Source of the DNA: Ostreococcus lucimarinus
Taxonomy: Eukaryota
Direction: 5' to 3' (one strand)
Assembly (NCBI GenBank): GCA_000092065.1
Contig: CP000601.1
DNA length: 64,000 nt
Each line of letters begins with the position of its first letter. The first letter of the stretch is position 1. Made by a program: the position numbers and the translations under genes. This document shows, in pieces, positions 61,356-64,000 of this stretch. The notes below the pieces were generated by a model, which was given only the letters and a program-made list of their open reading frames with translations, made no database searches and was not told the origin of the DNA.

Positions 61356-61569
61356 CGATCGATCGACTGTATTTGAAACGTTTCCATTCGACGCGCGCGT
61401 TCCCGCCCGACCGCGCGAACCGCCCGACCGACGCGCGAACCGTCGCGGTTCCGTCTCGCGCTCTGGGCAACGGTCAGTGCGCGGGACATCGCCAGACGCC
61501 GACGCGCGCGCGGCGCGTCCGCGACGCGGCTCGCGTCGAACGAAAGAAAGCGCATCGTGGCGTCGTCAC

Positions 61570-64000
61570 ATGCCGTCGCGCGCGAGAGACGTCGCGCGAA
61601 CGACGCGCGACGTCGCCGCGAAAGAGATTGGATTGTTGAGCTCTGGAGCCACCACCGCGGAGCGAAGTTTTTGGGACGTCGTCGGCGCCGCCGTCGTTTC
61701 CGCGGACGATGACGACGCTTCGCGAGAGGACTCGAACGCGCCGCTGCGCGCGGGAAGCTGCGTGGCGATGTACGCGCTCGGGGCGAGGGAAGGACGAGGG
61801 ATGTACGCGGCGCGGGACGGCGGCGGTCGGTCGACGCGCGCGAACGACGCGCCGGCGGCGACGGAGGGGAAGCGCGCGCTGGAGTTTTCGTGCGCGACGC
61901 TTCGGCGAGACGGAGTTTCAACGTCGACGTCGGCGAGTGGGGGTGGCGCGGACATCGATTCGTTGATGCTCACGGCGAGAGACGCGTCGACGCAGTTGGT
62001 GGTGCTGAGATTTGGCGAATTCTACGGGTTTCGTTCGCACGCGGCGGGGGGGAAGCTTTTGCAAGCGAGACGCAAGGCTGCGAGCGAGCTGTGCTTTTAC
62101 AACTACAACTTTGGAGTGTGCGAACAATGGGAACTGGTGAGCGTCGATCACGAGCGTGCGACGTACGGACGGGCGATGCTGTTTAGGAATAGACGCTTCG
62201 AGCACGTGACGATCAACGCCGCGGTGGTGGAGGTGCCGAAGGAGTTTTTGCCAAAGTATGCGTTGGATGATATGAGTCTCTACGACGATGATTTGGCGTA
62301 CGTGGAATATGGGACGTCGTACTACGGCAGTGACACGGAATCCGAATCGTCGGTGCTCAATCTAAAACCTTTGGCGGCGCCACCGAGTCCGAGCGCCGCA
62401 GCAAACGCGTCGCCGTCGAAGCCAAAATCGAAACAGAAGCGAGTCGAACAGCAACCCGTGTTGATCGAGCCACCGAAACCGGCCGAGTCTGCACCAAGTT
62501 GGCTTTCCGCCGCCATAGTAGAAAAGTGGACGCGCATATTCAAAGACGAAATTGAAATCCGTCGCGGTGTGGAGCGGGAGCTGGAAGGTTTGCGAGAAGA
62601 GCTGAAAATAGTGGAGAAGAGCTGGATGAACTCGGTACAAACGGTACAGTTAGAGTTTGAGTCTATCAACAATGAAGCTTTGAAGACAATGCGCAAGACG
62701 ATGCAGCAAAAGATGCGAAAGCGCGTTCAAGCGGTTCAGGTGAAAGCGATAGAGCGCATGACGCGGACGTCTGCACGCGCGTTCAGGGATGAAACTTTTA
62801 AAAGGTGGAGAGCGTTTGCGGATAAGGAACGTCGAAAGCGCGTCGGCGTCGTTCGGTTCTTATTACGGGCTGATAGACGAGGTCTCGGCGCGGCGTTTGA
62901 TGCTTGGAAGAATTACGCGAACACTCGAAAGTTGAAGCGCGAGAGGGACGCGCTGTTGAGCGCGAGGCGACGCGAGAGTCTTGCTCGACAATTCTTTGAT
63001 AGATGGAAGTCGTGTGCTTCGGAATCAAATCAAACGCGTCGAATAGCCGCGAGGGCGCATAGACGTGCGTTGACTGATAAATCCAGAGAGCTGAAGCAAA
63101 AAGTGTTCGTATCGTGGTATTTGTACGCGAAACGAGGGAAGCATGTCGCAAAGATTCAGCGTCTCGCGGTGCACAAGATGCGTGAGCGTCTGATGTTTGA
63201 CGCGTTTGAGTGTTGGAAGAACCGAGCGGAAGAGAGAAAAAGTTTCACTCAACGTCTGATGCGGACGTTCGCGCGCTGGGATAACCGCACCGCATGCGCA
63301 GCGTTTTTGAAGTGGAAAGAAGTCGTGGACGATTCACGTCATGCAAAGAAGACGTACAACGGCGTGTTACTGTGCTGGAACAAGGACTCACGCAAGACGC
63401 TGACGAAGCTTCACTTTTTCGCATGGAGAACGACTGCTCGATTCGTACGGGTGCATCGCGAAAAGATGTATGCCGTCACGCGGGAACGCATGAAAAATAA
63501 CACAACGCGAATCGTCTTCCATAATTGGAAAATGCTGAGTGCGCGACGGCAGCGCGAGGAACAACATCAGAGAGGCGTCGTGCACGCGATGGCGTCGTTG
63601 CGGTTCAAATATATTCGAGCGAATTTCGACGCTTGGCGATCACAAACGATCAAGTCTGCGTTCCGTAAACACACTGTCTCAAAGTTTATGAACAAACTAC
63701 GTCGTTACGAACTGTTGAGAGCGTTCCAAGGCTGGAGATACCGCACGCATACGTTGAGAACGCAGAGACGAAGCGTAGCGGCGACGCTAACGAGATGGCG
63801 TCAACGTGTGTTGTTGAGTTCGTGGAACCAATGGAAGTTCGCCACTCAAGAGCACTCTAAGTTGATCGCTGTGAGCGCGTTAGCCATCTTTAACCGCCAA
63901 CGACAGTCTCGACTGCGCCGAAGTTTCGCGATTTGGCGCGGCATGTGGCGGGCGCAAATGGTCGCTCTCGTCAAGATGCGCGCGTCGCACCAGTTCGCCA
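61570..64000 (+). CDS. SFI1: Sfi1-like centrin-binding repeat protein (partial; continues beyond the window end)
   Basis: Open frame without stops from at least 61570 to 64000. It is absent from the ORF track because it has no stop within the window. At least 14 repeats of a roughly 23-33 aa unit with the conserved [F/L]xxW[K/R] core (AFDAWKNY, FFDRWKSC, AFECWKNR, AFLKWKEV, FFAWRTT, NFDAWRSQ, AFQGWRYR, LTRWRQR, FAIWRGMW). Confidence 0.6.
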   Translation, partial: MPSRARDVARTTRDVAAKEIGLLSSGATTAERSFWDVVGAAVVSADDDDASREDSNAPLRAGSCVAMYALGAREGRGMYAARDGGGRSTRANDAPAATEGKRALEFSCATLRRDGVSTSTSASGGGADIDSLMLTARDASTQLVVLRFGEFYGFRSHAAGGKLLQARRKAASELCFYNYNFGVCEQWELVSVDHERATYGRAMLFRNRRFEHVTINAAVVEVPKEFLPKYALDDMSLYDDDLAYVEYGTSYYGSDTESESSVLNLKPLAAPPSPSAAANASPSKPKSKQKRVEQQPVLIEPPKPAESAPSWLSAAIVEKWTRIFKDEIEIRRGVERELEGLREELKIVEKSWMNSVQTVQLEFESINNEALKTMRKTMQQKMRKRVQAVQVKAIERMTRTSARAFRDETFKRWRAFADKERRKRVGVVRFLLRADRRGLGAAFDAWKNYANTRKLKRERDALLSARRRESLARQFFDRWKSCASESNQTRRIAARAHRRALTDKSRELKQKVFVSWYLYAKRGKHVAKIQRLAVHKMRERLMFDAFECWKNRAEERKSFTQRLMRTFARWDNRTACAAFLKWKEVVDDSRHAKKTYNGVLLCWNKDSRKTLTKLHFFAWRTTARFVRVHREKMYAVTRERMKNNTTRIVFHNWKMLSARRQREEQHQRGVVHAMASLRFKYIRANFDAWRSQTIKSAFRKHTVSKFMNKLRRYELLRAFQGWRYRTHTLRTQRRSVAATLTRWRQRVLLSSWNQWKFATQEHSKLIAVSALAIFNRQRQSRLRRSFAIWRGMWRAQMVALVKMRASHQFA

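Noticed and set aside
12-64000. Treating track ORF starts as true start codons
   Set aside because: The track labels GTG and TTG codons as 'M' (for example 12-14 is TTG and 30939-41 is GTG), and it reports only stop-bounded ORFs. Starts were therefore re-derived from the first plausible ATG or from homology, and the 3'-terminal open frame (Sfi1-like) was recovered by hand.
1-64000. Prokaryotic interpretation (operons, defence islands, terminators)
   Set aside because: The sequence has spliceosomal introns restoring conserved eukaryotic protein N-termini, eukaryote-specific genes (CCT, BUB3, CDC20/CDH1, KDM5, SPC3, Sfi1) and organelle-targeting presequences. This is nuclear eukaryotic DNA.

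Overview
This window is a GC-rich (about 65-70%), gene-dense nuclear segment from a unicellular eukaryote. Several features point to a green-lineage picoalga of the Micromonas/Mamiellophyceae type (inference only): long intron-poor ORFs, a few short spliceosomal introns with a recurrent GTGCGT donor, an EFL elongation factor in place of EF-1alpha, plastid-type genes (fibrillin/PAP, ELIP-like two-helix protein, type II dihydroorotase), and TGTAA/TGTAG-like motifs at 3' ends. About 35 protein-coding genes can be supported on both strands. Most are housekeeping genes: MLH1, CCT zeta, BUB3, a CDC20/CDH1 activator, a KDM5-type JmjC demethylase, an ALKBH8-like tRNA modifier, aminopeptidase P, asparaginase, dihydroorotase, an SDR, a Nudix hydrolase, tafazzin, SPC3, a DENN protein, an SF1 helicase, NDRG, a TrmH methyltransferase, a NEMF/RqcH-like protein, a mitochondrial carrier and a multi-RRM protein. 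The 3' end carries a partial Sfi1-like repeat protein and the 5' end a partial JmjC hydroxylase. The unusual locus is at 0.8-7.0 kb. A divergently transcribed zinc-homeostasis pair, a ZIP transporter and a COG0523/CobW-type zinc metallochaperone with a CxCC motif and a His-rich stretch, shares a 350-bp intergenic region packed with copies of the palindrome ATGTCGACAT and two tandem CACGTG-containing 21-mers. The whole module is bracketed by two 226-bp direct repeats that are 98.7% identical, and a 14-bp core of the promoter palindrome (TGTCGACACATCTC) also occurs inside those repeats. Just inside each repeat lies a lower-GC segment: one holds broken ORFs, the other a small GIY-YIG-like nuclease ORF and an AT-rich hairpin flanked by 17-bp inverted repeats. 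This suggests a mobile or horizontally acquired origin. Other notable points are a GC-AG candidate intron in aminopeptidase P and a single in-frame TAG splitting the KDM5 gene between its PLU-1 tail and PHD2/PHD3. Because the sequence is GC-rich, many long antisense or overlapping ORFs in the six-frame track are artefacts. The track also uses GTG/TTG as 'M', so listed ORF starts are not real start codons.
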